Shown: one piece after another, positions 40,765 through 50,216 of the stretch
How the letters are laid out: each line of letters starts with the position of its first letter
Numbering within the stretch: position 1 is the first letter of the stretch
Assembly (NCBI GenBank): GCA_963751455.1
Contig: CAVVUN010000001.1
Coordinates: forward strand, 160,001 to 224,000
From: Nitrospirota bacterium
GTDB taxonomy: Bacteria; Nitrospirota; UBA9217
DNA length: 64,000 bases
Direction: 5' to 3'
Made by a program: the position numbers and the translations under genes
Notes under the pieces: model-generated
What the model saw: the letters and a program-made list of their open reading frames with translations, nothing else
Databases searched by the model: none
What the model was told of the DNA's origin: nothing

Positions 40765-41523
40765 TTATTTTTCCATGATCCCTTCAACTAATTTTCCGCG
40801 GATAAAGTCCTTTATAAATTCCCTTTCCTGATCTCCGATCTTCGTAAACTTGACACCGACGCCTTGCTTTTTCGTCACATCCCTGCTGCTGTGATTGTAC
40901 ACGATCTTTCCTTCGACTCTTATGATCTGGCCCGGAGCATTCGGGAGATAGAAAACAAAGGGATGGACGCTGCCATACGCAAGTTGTCCGGTTGTGGCTA
41001 CGAACATGCCCAGCTCCGAAATAACGACTATGAAGTCTTTCCCATCAACGCTATAGAACGAACTGCCGTCGCCGATAATAACATTCAGGTACGTCTCGAG
41101 TCTCACAAAGCGACGGGGCCTCTTCTCTGTTGCCTGTTGAACCGCTAGGTAGACCTGTTCAAGACTCGTTGGATGGCAAAGGAAAACGGCGCAGCCTGCC
41201 TGCTCGCAGGCCTGCTGAATTTGCGTGTCATTGCTGGCTGAGTAGATGATTACCGGAACATCCTTCATCCTGCTGTCCTGTTTCACCCGCCTCAGAAGAT
41301 CAAGGCCGCCCATCCGGGGGAGGTCAAGATTGGTTACGAGTGCGAGCGGCACAGTCATTTCCATGAAGGTCAGCGCGTCCTCGGCCGTTCTCGCGGTTAC
41401 CACATGGTACTTGAGACGCTGAAGAAAAATGCTGGTGTAGAATTGGCGTACGGGCTTGCCGTCCACAACCAGCACAATCTGGGATTTAGTCTCTGGCTCC
41501 TGCGTTTCTTTTCCAGTGTCCAT
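40765..41523 (-). CDS. Response regulator receiver (atypical) + PilZ domain protein
   Basis: VLVVDG..TNLDLPRMGG receiver lacking the phospho-Asp; RRFVR..ISELGMFV..GVGVKF PilZ. Confidence 0.8.
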   Translation of the reverse strand: MDTGKETQEPETKSQIVLVVDGKPVRQFYTSIFLQRLKYHVVTARTAEDALTFMEMTVPLALVTNLDLPRMGGLDLLRRVKQDSRMKDVPVIIYSASNDTQIQQACEQAGCAVFLCHPTSLEQVYLAVQQATEKRPRRFVRLETYLNVIIGDGSSFYSVDGKDFIVVISELGMFVATTGQLAYGSVHPFVFYLPNAPGQIIRVEGKIVYNHSSRDVTKKQGVGVKFTKIGDQEREFIKDFIRGKLVEGIMEK

Positions 41524-41540
41524 CGGGTATGCTTTCTTTC

Positions 41541-42230
41541 TCAGCGATCAGCGCTTTCCTTAAAGCGCTGGATCGAGATATCCTTTGCTTTTTCATCGTA
41601 GTGACAGCCGGCGCACATGCTATGGCCGTTGACTGAGCCTTTTCGTATCTGCGAAAGAAGCTTCTTCCCGTCCTTGACGTCCCCGGTACTTATACCTCTT
41701 GCTACTACCGCGTATTGCCCATCCTGCACTGAGAAGAGCATTTTATTTCTAACCGTGACATCCACTATTCCTTTACAGGTATAGACATCCGTGGCTGTAC
41801 CATGCACAATAACGGAAAAGGCAGCGCCCCGGGTTCCGGCGACCGCCGTTGCCGTTTCGATGCTGATTTTGCTACCCGGCTTCAGAAGTGAAAAAAACCA
41901 TACAGATCCTTTTATCAGCGTCGTTCGGAAATCAGCCGGTTCTGCTCCAAGCACATATTCCGTCACATTCCCGATCATAAAGCGGCCAATACCGTCCAAG
42001 GTAATTACAGCAACGCCCTCTGCATCCGTCCGCAGTTTATCTGATGAGAAAAGCTTTGAGCCGGGCTTGAGACCGGTCCACTTATCGTCCTTGAACCGTT
42101 GAAGCTTGCCGGCAGATATGCTGGTCACGGTCCCCCTCGATGCATACTTTTCATATTTTTCACAGCCGTGTGCGGGAATTATTACGATGGCGAGAACAAA
42201 GAGAAAGAGTATATTTGCCTGCTTCTTCAT
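41541..42230 (-). CDS. FecR-domain lipoprotein with C-terminal CXXCH
   Basis: DKLRTDAEG, IETATAVAGTRG FecR motifs; CAGCH at 41601-41615. Confidence 0.75.
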   Translation of the reverse strand: MKKQANILFLFVLAIVIIPAHGCEKYEKYASRGTVTSISAGKLQRFKDDKWTGLKPGSKLFSSDKLRTDAEGVAVITLDGIGRFMIGNVTEYVLGAEPADFRTTLIKGSVWFFSLLKPGSKISIETATAVAGTRGAAFSVIVHGTATDVYTCKGIVDVTVRNKMLFSVQDGQYAVVARGISTGDVKDGKKLLSQIRKGSVNGHSMCAGCHYDEKAKDISIQRFKESADR

Positions 42231-42312
42231 TTTTACCCCCTGCCGATGCCTGACTGCAATTTATTTTACTATAAACAGGTAAAAATGGGAAGATAAAATA
42301 CTTAACCGTCTT

Positions 42313-42960
42313 TTAACGAACAAAAGAACTTGTCTTGTAAAAAAGGCTGTTCGTAGCGGGCCGGCCGTTCATCATATCGGAAATCTCTTTTCCAATCACT
42401 ATGTTTGCTGCCACGAGCGCTTCCTTTCTAGTTTTGTCTCGAGGCAGGGGAACAACTATTTTAAGAAGTTTTATGTAAAGTTCGCCAAGTCCTGGGAAAA
42501 TTGAAAACAGCATACCCTGGGAATCGAGCCAATGATGATAATAATAGGTTTTATTCAGCGTTATCGGCCTTGCCTTTGTCATTTTTGAGCAGATAAGCAG
42601 TGTGCAGCCGAAAGGCTTGCGGTCGTATACACGGCATGATCGAGAATCATTATCTCTGAAGATGCATATAGCGCTGTGGGTCTTTGCAGTGCTGGCGACG
42701 GAAAGATAATTTTTTTCGCGAACGCCGCAGCTGTCGCTCTTTACCGGCGATATCAGGAACGCAGGCGGCGCTTCTATGTCGGGCGTAAAGAGTTCGGCAA
42801 CCAGGTATTTTCGGAACAACTGGATTTTATCGAGTTTCAGGTGGCCTGCCAGAAGGTCAATCTGGCCGGGAAGAAATATACCGGGAATGGTGCAGCAGGA
42901 ACCGCAGTTGACGCATGCTCCGAAATATCTTTCGAGATTCTTGTACACTGTTCCACCCAA
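42313..42960 (-). CDS. YkgJ-family cysteine cluster protein
   Basis: CVNCGSCC..CIF..CRVYDRKPFGC. Confidence 0.75.
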   Translation of the reverse strand: MGGTVYKNLERYFGACVNCGSCCTIPGIFLPGQIDLLAGHLKLDKIQLFRKYLVAELFTPDIEAPPAFLISPVKSDSCGVREKNYLSVASTAKTHSAICIFRDNDSRSCRVYDRKPFGCTLLICSKMTKARPITLNKTYYYHHWLDSQGMLFSIFPGLGELYIKLLKIVVPLPRDKTRKEALVAANIVIGKEISDMMNGRPATNSLFYKTSSFVR

Positions 42961-43018
42961 TGAGGAAAGAGTTTAGTATTTTATCTTAACGATGAAGTGT
43001 TTTCTTGACGTACGTTGT

Positions 43019-43717
43019 TTACTTCACGGCCCTTTCTTTTTCCTCGACGAGACTCTTCACAATCGTTTTGACCGGTTGTCTATCCGTTCCCTGGTACATG
43101 AACTCCGTCCTTACCAGTTCCCTTGTACGGTCCGGCGTAAGCATGCGCATGACTGAGATACGATTCAAATCGTCGTAGTCGTACAAGGTGCACGTAACAA
43201 CCTGCTCCGTGCCGGATACGACTTTGCCCAGTTCAAGAGCAGTATGCCTCACTCCGTCGGCAAGACCTATCACGAACCCTCCTACGGTTCCCGCTGCCAT
43301 GGGCGTAACCACGAAGGCCAACGCTGCGATGGCTTCCTCATTGCTATATGTACCCGCTCTGAGCGATTGGGCCATTACCTCTGAGGCCTCAAACCCTACG
43401 TTAAATCCCTTACCTGTCCATTCATACACAACGAGAAAAGGCTTGGCCAAGTCCGGCGCGTGCCTGGTCACGGCTACATCGTAACTGATCTGAGGACGGT
43501 TCTGGTTCATCCATACGATAGTGAAGTGGTCGCCGGGTTTCGAAGGACGCTGTTCAAGCGGGACCCCGAGCACAGGCAATCCCTTGTCATCATACGAAAT
43601 AGACCGCACCACCGTCTCAGATGTACCGGCCGTACGGTACTTTTCCAGATCAACTTGGTGCGCTGCACAGGCAGTAACGGTTGCGACAAGGCCAAGGGTC
43701 AAAATACAGTACTTCAT
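43019..43717 (-). CDS. Hypothetical lipoprotein
   Basis: MKYCILTLGLVATVTAC lipobox; no family recognised. Confidence 0.6.
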   Translation of the reverse strand: MKYCILTLGLVATVTACAAHQVDLEKYRTAGTSETVVRSISYDDKGLPVLGVPLEQRPSKPGDHFTIVWMNQNRPQISYDVAVTRHAPDLAKPFLVVYEWTGKGFNVGFEASEVMAQSLRAGTYSNEEAIAALAFVVTPMAAGTVGGFVIGLADGVRHTALELGKVVSGTEQVVTCTLYDYDDLNRISVMRMLTPDRTRELVRTEFMYQGTDRQPVKTIVKSLVEEKERAVK

Positions 43718-43728
43718 TAAATACACCA

Positions 43729-44754
43729 TCAGCGCCTGTACTGTCGTTCCCTCAACCACTGGTCGGCTTTCGGGAAGCCCAAACGCGCGGATGTTCGAAT
43801 GTCTTCTCGACCCTGCGGCCTGTTTCCACTCTTAATCATGGCCATCCCTCGCTCAAAATACGCCTCTGCCAGATCCGGCTTCAATTTGAGTGCCTTATCC
43901 AATTCCCGCACGGCATCCACGTATTTCTCCTGAAAGCGCAGCATTTTGCCGCGCGCCATATAGGCCTTCGCAAAGTTCGGATCAATCTCCAGCGCCTTGT
44001 TGAAGTCCTTCAACGCCTCTTCAGACTTCTTCTGGCGGGCATATGCCGCTCCCCTTCCCAAATAGGCGCGTTTGTCTCCGGGATCTGCCTTCAGTACATC
44101 GTTAAATACGGCGCTGGCCGCTTCGAATTGACCCGACTGCATGAGGGCGGCAGCGTTCTGGAGGAGACCGTTGACGCGCAGTTCTTCGACCCCCCTGGCG
44201 AACGCCTTCTCCTTCTGCTGTATCTCCTCGGCCGGTTTTGCCGGCTGCTGGTTCTTGTCCGGCTTGATAAGCTCGAGTTCACGCCTGAGTTTTTCTACTT
44301 CGTTGAGGGCAGCTGTCATCTGGCGGCGGGATTCCTCGAGTTCGGCCTGTTCAGCGTTGTTCTTTCTGAGACTGTCAACGGACTGAGCCACCTCTTCGGG
44401 GTTAAGCGATATCTGGGCCTTGATGTAATAGCTGGCGCCGTTCCATTTCTCGTCAAGGATCTCGACGTTCACGATGCCGGCGGTAAGAGTGACTATCTGG
44501 TCTTTGGTCAACCGGTAATCCTTTACCACGGTCTCTGACTGAACATAGGTCCCCACTTCCTCGAGCAGAAGCCGTTTCAGCTGCTCAAGCGAGACGGTTC
44601 GGCTCGACACCTTGCTGTCTACCTCGCTCGCCTGGTAGGTATAGTCCCTGATGAATGTTTTCTTTTCAGCAGCAGCTTCTCTGCCGCCGGTAACAATCGC
44701 CAGCCAAGCAAAAATGGCAAGAACAATTCTCAATTGGACGGTTGATCCGTTCAT
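43729..44754 (-). CDS. Secreted tetratricopeptide repeat protein
   Basis: Signal peptide; AYLGRG, AYMARG, AYFERG TPRs. Confidence 0.8.
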   Translation of the reverse strand: MNGSTVQLRIVLAIFAWLAIVTGGREAAAEKKTFIRDYTYQASEVDSKVSSRTVSLEQLKRLLLEEVGTYVQSETVVKDYRLTKDQIVTLTAGIVNVEILDEKWNGASYYIKAQISLNPEEVAQSVDSLRKNNAEQAELEESRRQMTAALNEVEKLRRELELIKPDKNQQPAKPAEEIQQKEKAFARGVEELRVNGLLQNAAALMQSGQFEAASAVFNDVLKADPGDKRAYLGRGAAYARQKKSEEALKDFNKALEIDPNFAKAYMARGKMLRFQEKYVDAVRELDKALKLKPDLAEAYFERGMAMIKSGNRPQGREDIRTSARLGFPKADQWLRERQYRR

Positions 44755-44791
44755 GATCCGACTCCTTAGTTCTCGTTAATGTCCGGTTTTT

Positions 44792-44959
44792 GTAACTATT
44801 CAGCTTCTTTTCAGAACAGCATTAAGACAAATCTAAGAAAAAGCCCTTCTATCCGCAGATTTCGCAGATTGACGCAGATTCTAAAACCGGAATTCTGGTT
44901 TTGTTTTTATCTGCGAAATCTGCGTAATCTGCGGATAAAAAAATGACCTGAGTAGTTAC
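44792..44959. mobile_element. MITE-like element (168 bp), 12-bp TIR, 8-bp TSD, internal CGCAGATT hairpin
   Basis: GTAACTATTCAG ... CTGAGTAGTTAC flanked by CGGTTTTT at 44784-44791 and 44960-44967. Confidence 0.75.
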
Positions 44960-44981
44960 CGGTTTTTTAGATTTACTTGTT

Positions 44982-46004
44982 TCATTGCACGTTTAGATAC
45001 TGCTCAAGTTTGAGCCTCTCCTCGGGATTGGACATAATAATCAGGCGATCTCCTGCGCTTACTATCTGCTTGCCCGCCGGATTGTACACCCAACCGTCGG
45101 CATTTTTTAATGCAAGCAGCAGGATTGCCTGATGCTTTTTCAAATTTAGATCGGCGATCGTTCTGCCGGAGCGGCAAGCAGGAACAGGTACTTCCTCAAC
45201 CCTGAGGTTTTTGTCCTTGTCGCGAAGCATGATGTCCAGGAATGATACAACCGTGGGCCTGATCATCTCGGAAGCCATACGGAGACCGCCTATAAAATTT
45301 GGCGATACGACTGCATCCGCTCCGGTGCTATGGATTTTGTCACGCCTGGCAAGATCTTCGCATCTCGCCACAATGCGCGCCTTTTCGTTCATCTGCCTGG
45401 CGGTCAAACTTATGACGAGATTCAGGTTATCATCGTTCGCAGCGCAGAATACGCCGGATGCCCGCTCGATCCCGGCTTTATGCAGCACATCATTGTCGGT
45501 GGCATCTCCCTCGATGACCGCAGATACCCCGGAGCCATCCGTAATTCCCTTCAGGGCCGTCCGGTCCTGCTCAACAATCACATAAGGCCGTTTTGTGGCC
45601 GCCAGTTCATTCGCAATCTGCTTTCCAATCCTCCCATACCCGCATACGATGTAATGATCGCTCAAGCTATCAACGATCTTTTCCATTCTTCTCCTCCTGA
45701 ACGACTCGCTCAGATCGCCTTCGACGATGGAAGCTGTGAAGTTGGTTATTATATAGGAAAGAGTACCGATCCCGGAAAGCGCGATCATGATTGTAAAGAG
45801 CCGGCCGCCCGGCTTTCCGTTCAGATCAACTATCTCGCCGAAACCGATGGTCGTCAGTGTGATAACTGTCATGTACAGGCAATCAACGACCGTATACCGT
45901 CCTTCGCCGATAACCCAGTACCCTGTCGTACCGACAGCCGTTATCAGGATGAGCAGAAAGGCGGAAAGGAAAAACTTGTTGCGAATGGTCTGTCCGAGGG
46001 TCAT
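44982..46004 (-). CDS. Potassium channel protein with TrkA-N/TrkA-C (RCK) domains
   Basis: TLTTIGFGE selectivity filter; IVCGYGRIG; EGDATD. Confidence 0.92.
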   Translation of the reverse strand: MTLGQTIRNKFFLSAFLLILITAVGTTGYWVIGEGRYTVVDCLYMTVITLTTIGFGEIVDLNGKPGGRLFTIMIALSGIGTLSYIITNFTASIVEGDLSESFRRRRMEKIVDSLSDHYIVCGYGRIGKQIANELAATKRPYVIVEQDRTALKGITDGSGVSAVIEGDATDNDVLHKAGIERASGVFCAANDDNLNLVISLTARQMNEKARIVARCEDLARRDKIHSTGADAVVSPNFIGGLRMASEMIRPTVVSFLDIMLRDKDKNLRVEEVPVPACRSGRTIADLNLKKHQAILLLALKNADGWVYNPAGKQIVSAGDRLIIMSNPEERLKLEQYLNVQ

Positions 46005-46135
46005 GGGCTTCCATAAAATAGAGTGCCTGGTCGCTTTAGCCGATTTCGAGAGCTTATTCTTTATACCAAGGAATCAGAACGCGGTTTTATCGGACTGAGA
46101 TTAACACAGAAAGTTTCAAAAATAAAGGGTATAAT

Positions 46136-46299
46136 CCTAAAAACGGCATTTGAACACGGATGAACACGGAAACAGCGGATCAAAACAATGTGATAGAGCA
46201 AAAAGCCATCTCGCCTTTTGGGTGAATCCATTACTGTTCGTAACTTCCTATAAATCCGTGTTGATCAGATTTTATCCGTGTCCAACTGCTTTTTTCAGG
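46136..46299. mobile_element. MITE-like element (164 bp), CCT ends, 5-bp TSD, internal CACGGA hairpin
   Basis: CCTAAAAAACGGCA ... TGCTTTTTTCAGG flanked by ATAAT at 46131-46135 and 46300-46304. Confidence 0.65.
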
Positions 46300-46485
46300 A
46301 TAATGCATTCTTGTGAGTGTGCAATCTATTCAGAACAAAAATGAAAGCATTTTATCCGTGAGGGCGATCGATGATGGCTCCAAGTCGGATACCGCTTACA
46401 AAACCTGCATTATTTCCTTCCCTCGCTCCATTTTTTCTGGTATAAATAGATCATTCTTATTGCTCTGAGGGGGGCTGTTTTTTTC

Positions 46486-46902
46486 GTGAAACAAGAGAAC
46501 GAAAATAAGAATAACGGAATACAACGATATTCAGTCGTCCGGCAGCGTACGTCTTCTCTTCGCGTCATTCCTTTCGAAGGTATCGCAAACAAAGAGCATT
46601 TAGTCACGATTGTGAATATGAGCGTCGGCGGTGTCGGTATCGCCTCCCACGAGCGGATTGAGCCGGGCCTGGTGTGTTTCGATGAACAGGTGGGCGGCCA
46701 CAAGTTCGGAGTGGTGCGATGGTGCAAGAAGAGCGAGAACGGTTATCGGGCCGGTATTCATTTCGTGACCCTTCCACATGAAAAGGAAACCTATCTCCTT
46801 GACCAGGTGCAGCTGTCGCGCTGTAGTCAGGCGCTTCAGGACCCGGAAAAGATAATCACCTCACTGCTGGAGTCCATCCAGAGCGAAACGAATGAAATAT
46901 AG
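46486..46902 (+). CDS. PilZ-domain protein
   Basis: IVNMSVGGVGI, GVVRWC, YRAGIHF. Confidence 0.7.
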   Translation: MKQENENKNNGIQRYSVVRQRTSSLRVIPFEGIANKEHLVTIVNMSVGGVGIASHERIEPGLVCFDEQVGGHKFGVVRWCKKSENGYRAGIHFVTLPHEKETYLLDQVQLSRCSQALQDPEKIITSLLESIQSETNEI

Positions 46903-47043
46903 TCTCCCTGATTGAAACCCGCCGTTCTTCGGCTTAACCACTATCCTTGTTTATCTTTTCGCTTTTTTCCGCAAGGCAAGTCAACTTCAGTCAGTTTATT
47001 AAGGTAGGAGGCTGAGAGGAAATGGCCGTGGTGCCGTGCTCTG

Positions 47044-48018
47044 TTATTTGTTCAGGAGAGCTGCCGCTTCTTTCGCAAAATAGGTCAGGATCATGTCCGC
47101 TCCGGCACGCTTAATGGCGATAAGCGACTCCATCATGGCCCGCTCGCCGTCGATCCAGCCCAGTCTGGCGGCGGCTTTGATCATCGAGAACTCTCCGCTA
47201 ACATTGTAGGCGGCGACCGGAAGATTAAACTGCTGCCTCACCTGGTGGATAATATCGAGATAGGCCAATGCAGGCTTTACCATGACGATGTCCGCTCCTT
47301 CATCAATGTCCAACGCGACCTCGCGCAGCGCTTCCCGGCTGTTAGGAGCATCCATCTGGTATGAGCGGCGGTCGCCGAACTGGGGTGTCGATTCAGCCGC
47401 ATCCCTGAAGGGCCCGTAGAAGCTCGAAGCATACTTGGCTGCATAGGACATGACCGGGATATCATAAAAACCTTCCTGGTCTAATGTATGGCGGATCGCT
47501 CCGACCCTTCCGTCCATCATGTCGGAGGGCGCTACCATGTCCGCGCCCGCTCGTGCGTGCGAAAGCGCTTCCCTCGAGAGAAGCTCCAGGGTAGCGTCGT
47601 TCTGAACAACCCCATTCTTGATCACGCCGCAGTGGCCGTGGCTGGTGTACTCGCAGAGACACACATCGGTGATCACAATAAGATCAGGCAGCTTGTTCTT
47701 GATGGCCTTGATCGCATGCTGAATGATGCCTTCGTCGGAATATGCTTCACTTCCGACTTCATCCTTGTGTTCCGGTATCCCGAACAGCAGAACGGCCGGA
47801 ATGCCGAGGGCCTTCACCTCTTCACAGTCCTTTACGATATTGTCGATTGACTGCTGGTAATTCCCGGGCATGGAGCCGATCTCTTTCTTCACGCCCTTGC
47901 CGTGGGTCACGAAGAGAGGGTAAATGAAATCATCGGGCGAAAGCTTCGTCTCCCGTACCATGCGGCGGATGTTCTCATTGGACCGAAGTCTTCTTGGACG
48001 GTATACAGGTTGGAACAT
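47044..48018 (-). CDS. hemB: Porphobilinogen synthase
   Basis: [33 protein letters not shown]. Confidence 0.98.
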   Translation of the reverse strand: MFQPVYRPRRLRSNENIRRMVRETKLSPDDFIYPLFVTHGKGVKKEIGSMPGNYQQSIDNIVKDCEEVKALGIPAVLLFGIPEHKDEVGSEAYSDEGIIQHAIKAIKNKLPDLIVITDVCLCEYTSHGHCGVIKNGVVQNDATLELLSREALSHARAGADMVAPSDMMDGRVGAIRHTLDQEGFYDIPVMSYAAKYASSFYGPFRDAAESTPQFGDRRSYQMDAPNSREALREVALDIDEGADIVMVKPALAYLDIIHQVRQQFNLPVAAYNVSGEFSMIKAAARLGWIDGERAMMESLIAIKRAGADMILTYFAKEAAALLNK

Positions 48019-48150
48019 TGGCGTCCCCTCGTAAAGAAAAACGAAATTTTGATGAACATGAAAGCGGGAAAATAACCCTTAGATAAAAAAGGGCATCCCC
48101 CATCCGGTTTTATCTGAAATACACGGTGAATATGCCTTGTTTAAGGCTGG

Positions 48151-48528
48151 TTAGCTGCATCCGCAGCCGCTCGAGCCGCACCCGCCGCTGCTGCTGTGGT
48201 TATGCTCTTCTCCGCCGCACCCGCAGCTTCCGCCCTGAGGAGCGCCGTTCGGGAAACCGATGACGAACCCTTCTCCGCGTTCGTCGCTGATAAAGCCCAG
48301 CTCGGCGCCTTCAAGCGTCTTGGCTGTATCTGCGTCAAGGTAGAGCTTGGCACCGTTCTGTTCGACGACGGTATCTCCGTCCCCGGCCTTGTCGTCGATC
48401 ATTATCTCGTAAGACGGGCCGCAGCAACCGCCCGCGGCCGCTGATACGCGCAGGCCGTGATTCGGCACGCCTTCGACTTTGAGGATCTCTTTTATCTTGT
48501 CCGCAGCCATATCAGAAATAGTTATCAT
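48151..48528 (-). CDS. HesB/IscA Fe-S cluster assembly accessory protein
   Basis: GGCCGPSY, LYLD, SCGCG with Cys/His-rich tail. Confidence 0.85.
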   Translation of the reverse strand: MITISDMAADKIKEILKVEGVPNHGLRVSAAAGGCCGPSYEIMIDDKAGDGDTVVEQNGAKLYLDADTAKTLEGAELGFISDERGEGFVIGFPNGAPQGGSCGCGGEEHNHSSSGGCGSSGCGCS

Positions 48529-48562
48529 GAAATCTCCTTTTCACCGTTTGCAGCGAAACTTT

Positions 48563-50098
48563 TCAACGCTTAATCTTGTAGTACTCCACCATCGCTTCCA
48601 CGAGCGCGGGAATGGTATATTCCCCTGGCATAATGTCGGGCTGCATCCCGTACTCTTGCGCGGTCTTGGCGGTCACCGGGCCGATACAGGCGATGACAAC
48701 CCCCTGTAATAGCGTTTTATACTCTTTTTGGCCCAGTATTTCAACAAAATTGTGGACTGTCGATGAACTTGTAAACGTAACGGCCGAGATCTTCTTCTCT
48801 TCAAACAGCTTTTTAGTACGCAGAACGTCCGCTTTTGGCTTCACGTTCTCATACGCGGTCGCAACCGTAACGTCGGCACCGAGTTCTCTCAACCTGTCTG
48901 GGATGATCTCGCGCGCTGCTTTCGCCCTCGGTATGAGGAATTTCAGTCCTTTGACGCCGGCTCCTGCAAATGCGTCAACGACACCCTCAGCTTTAAATTC
49001 TGCCGGAACCAGGTCAGCCTTCAAACCAAATGCGTCGAGGGCTTCCGCAGTCTTCGGTCCGACGGTGCAGATGTTCACGCCTTTGAGCATGCGAAGGTCC
49101 TTCCCGACAGTCCGGAGACGGTCAAGGAAAAACCGCACGGCGTTGGCGCTCGTAAAGATCATCCAGTCAAACTTTTCGATCTCCCGTATGGCTTTGTCCA
49201 GTTCGTCCCAGCTTGCGGGAGGCACGACGTCGATCGTCGGGAATTCTATGGTCGTCGCACCCCTGTCTATCAGGGTCTCAGCAAACACGCTTGCCTGCTC
49301 GCGCGAACGGGTTACGACGATCCGTTTGCCGAAGAGCGGCTTTGACTCATACCAGTTCAGTTTCTCACGAAGCTTGACGACCTCGCCGACTACAATAATT
49401 GCAGGCGGCCCCAGACCAGCCTCGGCGACCCTGGCAACGATGTCCCGAAGCATCCCCGTTACCACGCGCTGATCCGTACGCGTGCCCCATTGAATGAGGG
49501 CCACCGGAGTATCTGCGCTCCGTCCGTGGGACACCAGATTTTCCACGATGTTCTTCAGGTTCTTCATGCCCATGAAGAATACGAGGGTGCCGATGCCGGT
49601 CGCTATCTTGTCCCAGTGCACCTTGGACTCGGGCTTCGTCGGGTCCTCATGTCCGGTTACGAATGCAACGCTTGCAGTATGTTCACGGTGGGTCAGTGGT
49701 ATGCCGGCATAGGTAGGGACAGAGGTGGCAGCGGTGACTCCGGGCACGATCTCAAAAGGAATTCCATTGTCTACAAGTTCTTCCGCCTCTTCCCCTCCCC
49801 GCCCGAAAATGAAGGGGTCTCCACCCTTAAGCCTGGCGACGATCTTCCCCTCTTTGGCTCTCCTGACAATGAGGCTGTTGATCTGGTCCTGGGGCAGGGT
49901 GTGCCTCCCGCCCTGCTTTCCGACGTAGACCAGTTCAGCATCGGGGCGCCGCTCGTCCAGCAGCCGTTCATTGGCGAGATAATCGTAGATGATCACGTCC
50001 GCCTTTTTGACACACTCCAGCCCTTTGACCGTGATCAGGCCGGGATCGCCTGGTCCCGCGCCGATGAGATAAACTTTACCGATTGATTGCATCATCAC
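48563..50098 (-). CDS. cobA: Uroporphyrinogen-III C-methyltransferase / uroporphyrinogen-III synthase fusion (CobA/HemD)
   Basis: GAGPGDPGLIT, RLKGGDPFIFGRGGEE, then IFTSANAV, FTSSSTV, CIGPVTA. Confidence 0.95.
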   Translation of the reverse strand: MMMQSIGKVYLIGAGPGDPGLITVKGLECVKKADVIIYDYLANERLLDERRPDAELVYVGKQGGRHTLPQDQINSLIVRRAKEGKIVARLKGGDPFIFGRGGEEAEELVDNGIPFEIVPGVTAATSVPTYAGIPLTHREHTASVAFVTGHEDPTKPESKVHWDKIATGIGTLVFFMGMKNLKNIVENLVSHGRSADTPVALIQWGTRTDQRVVTGMLRDIVARVAEAGLGPPAIIVVGEVVKLREKLNWYESKPLFGKRIVVTRSREQASVFAETLIDRGATTIEFPTIDVVPPASWDELDKAIREIEKFDWMIFTSANAVRFFLDRLRTVGKDLRMLKGVNICTVGPKTAEALDAFGLKADLVPAEFKAEGVVDAFAGAGVKGLKFLIPRAKAAREIIPDRLRELGADVTVATAYENVKPKADVLRTKKLFEEKKISAVTFTSSSTVHNFVEILGQKEYKTLLQGVVIACIGPVTAKTAQEYGMQPDIMPGEYTIPALVEAMVEYYKIKR

Positions 50099-50120
50099 TT
50101 TAGTATTTTCAAAAAAAATT

Positions 50121-50200
50121 ACCGCGAAGACTCAAGGTACGCGAAGAAATCATGCTTGATGATTGAGGAAAACTCTTCGCCGCCTTCCCGCCTTTGCGGT
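50121..50200. repeat. Intergenic palindrome with 9-bp periodic arms (CGCGAAG type)
   Basis: ACCGCGAAGACTCAAGGTACGCGAAG ... CTTCGCCGCCTTCCCGCCTTTGCGGT. Confidence 0.55.
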
Positions 50201-50216
50201 TCGCACCAATTATGTT

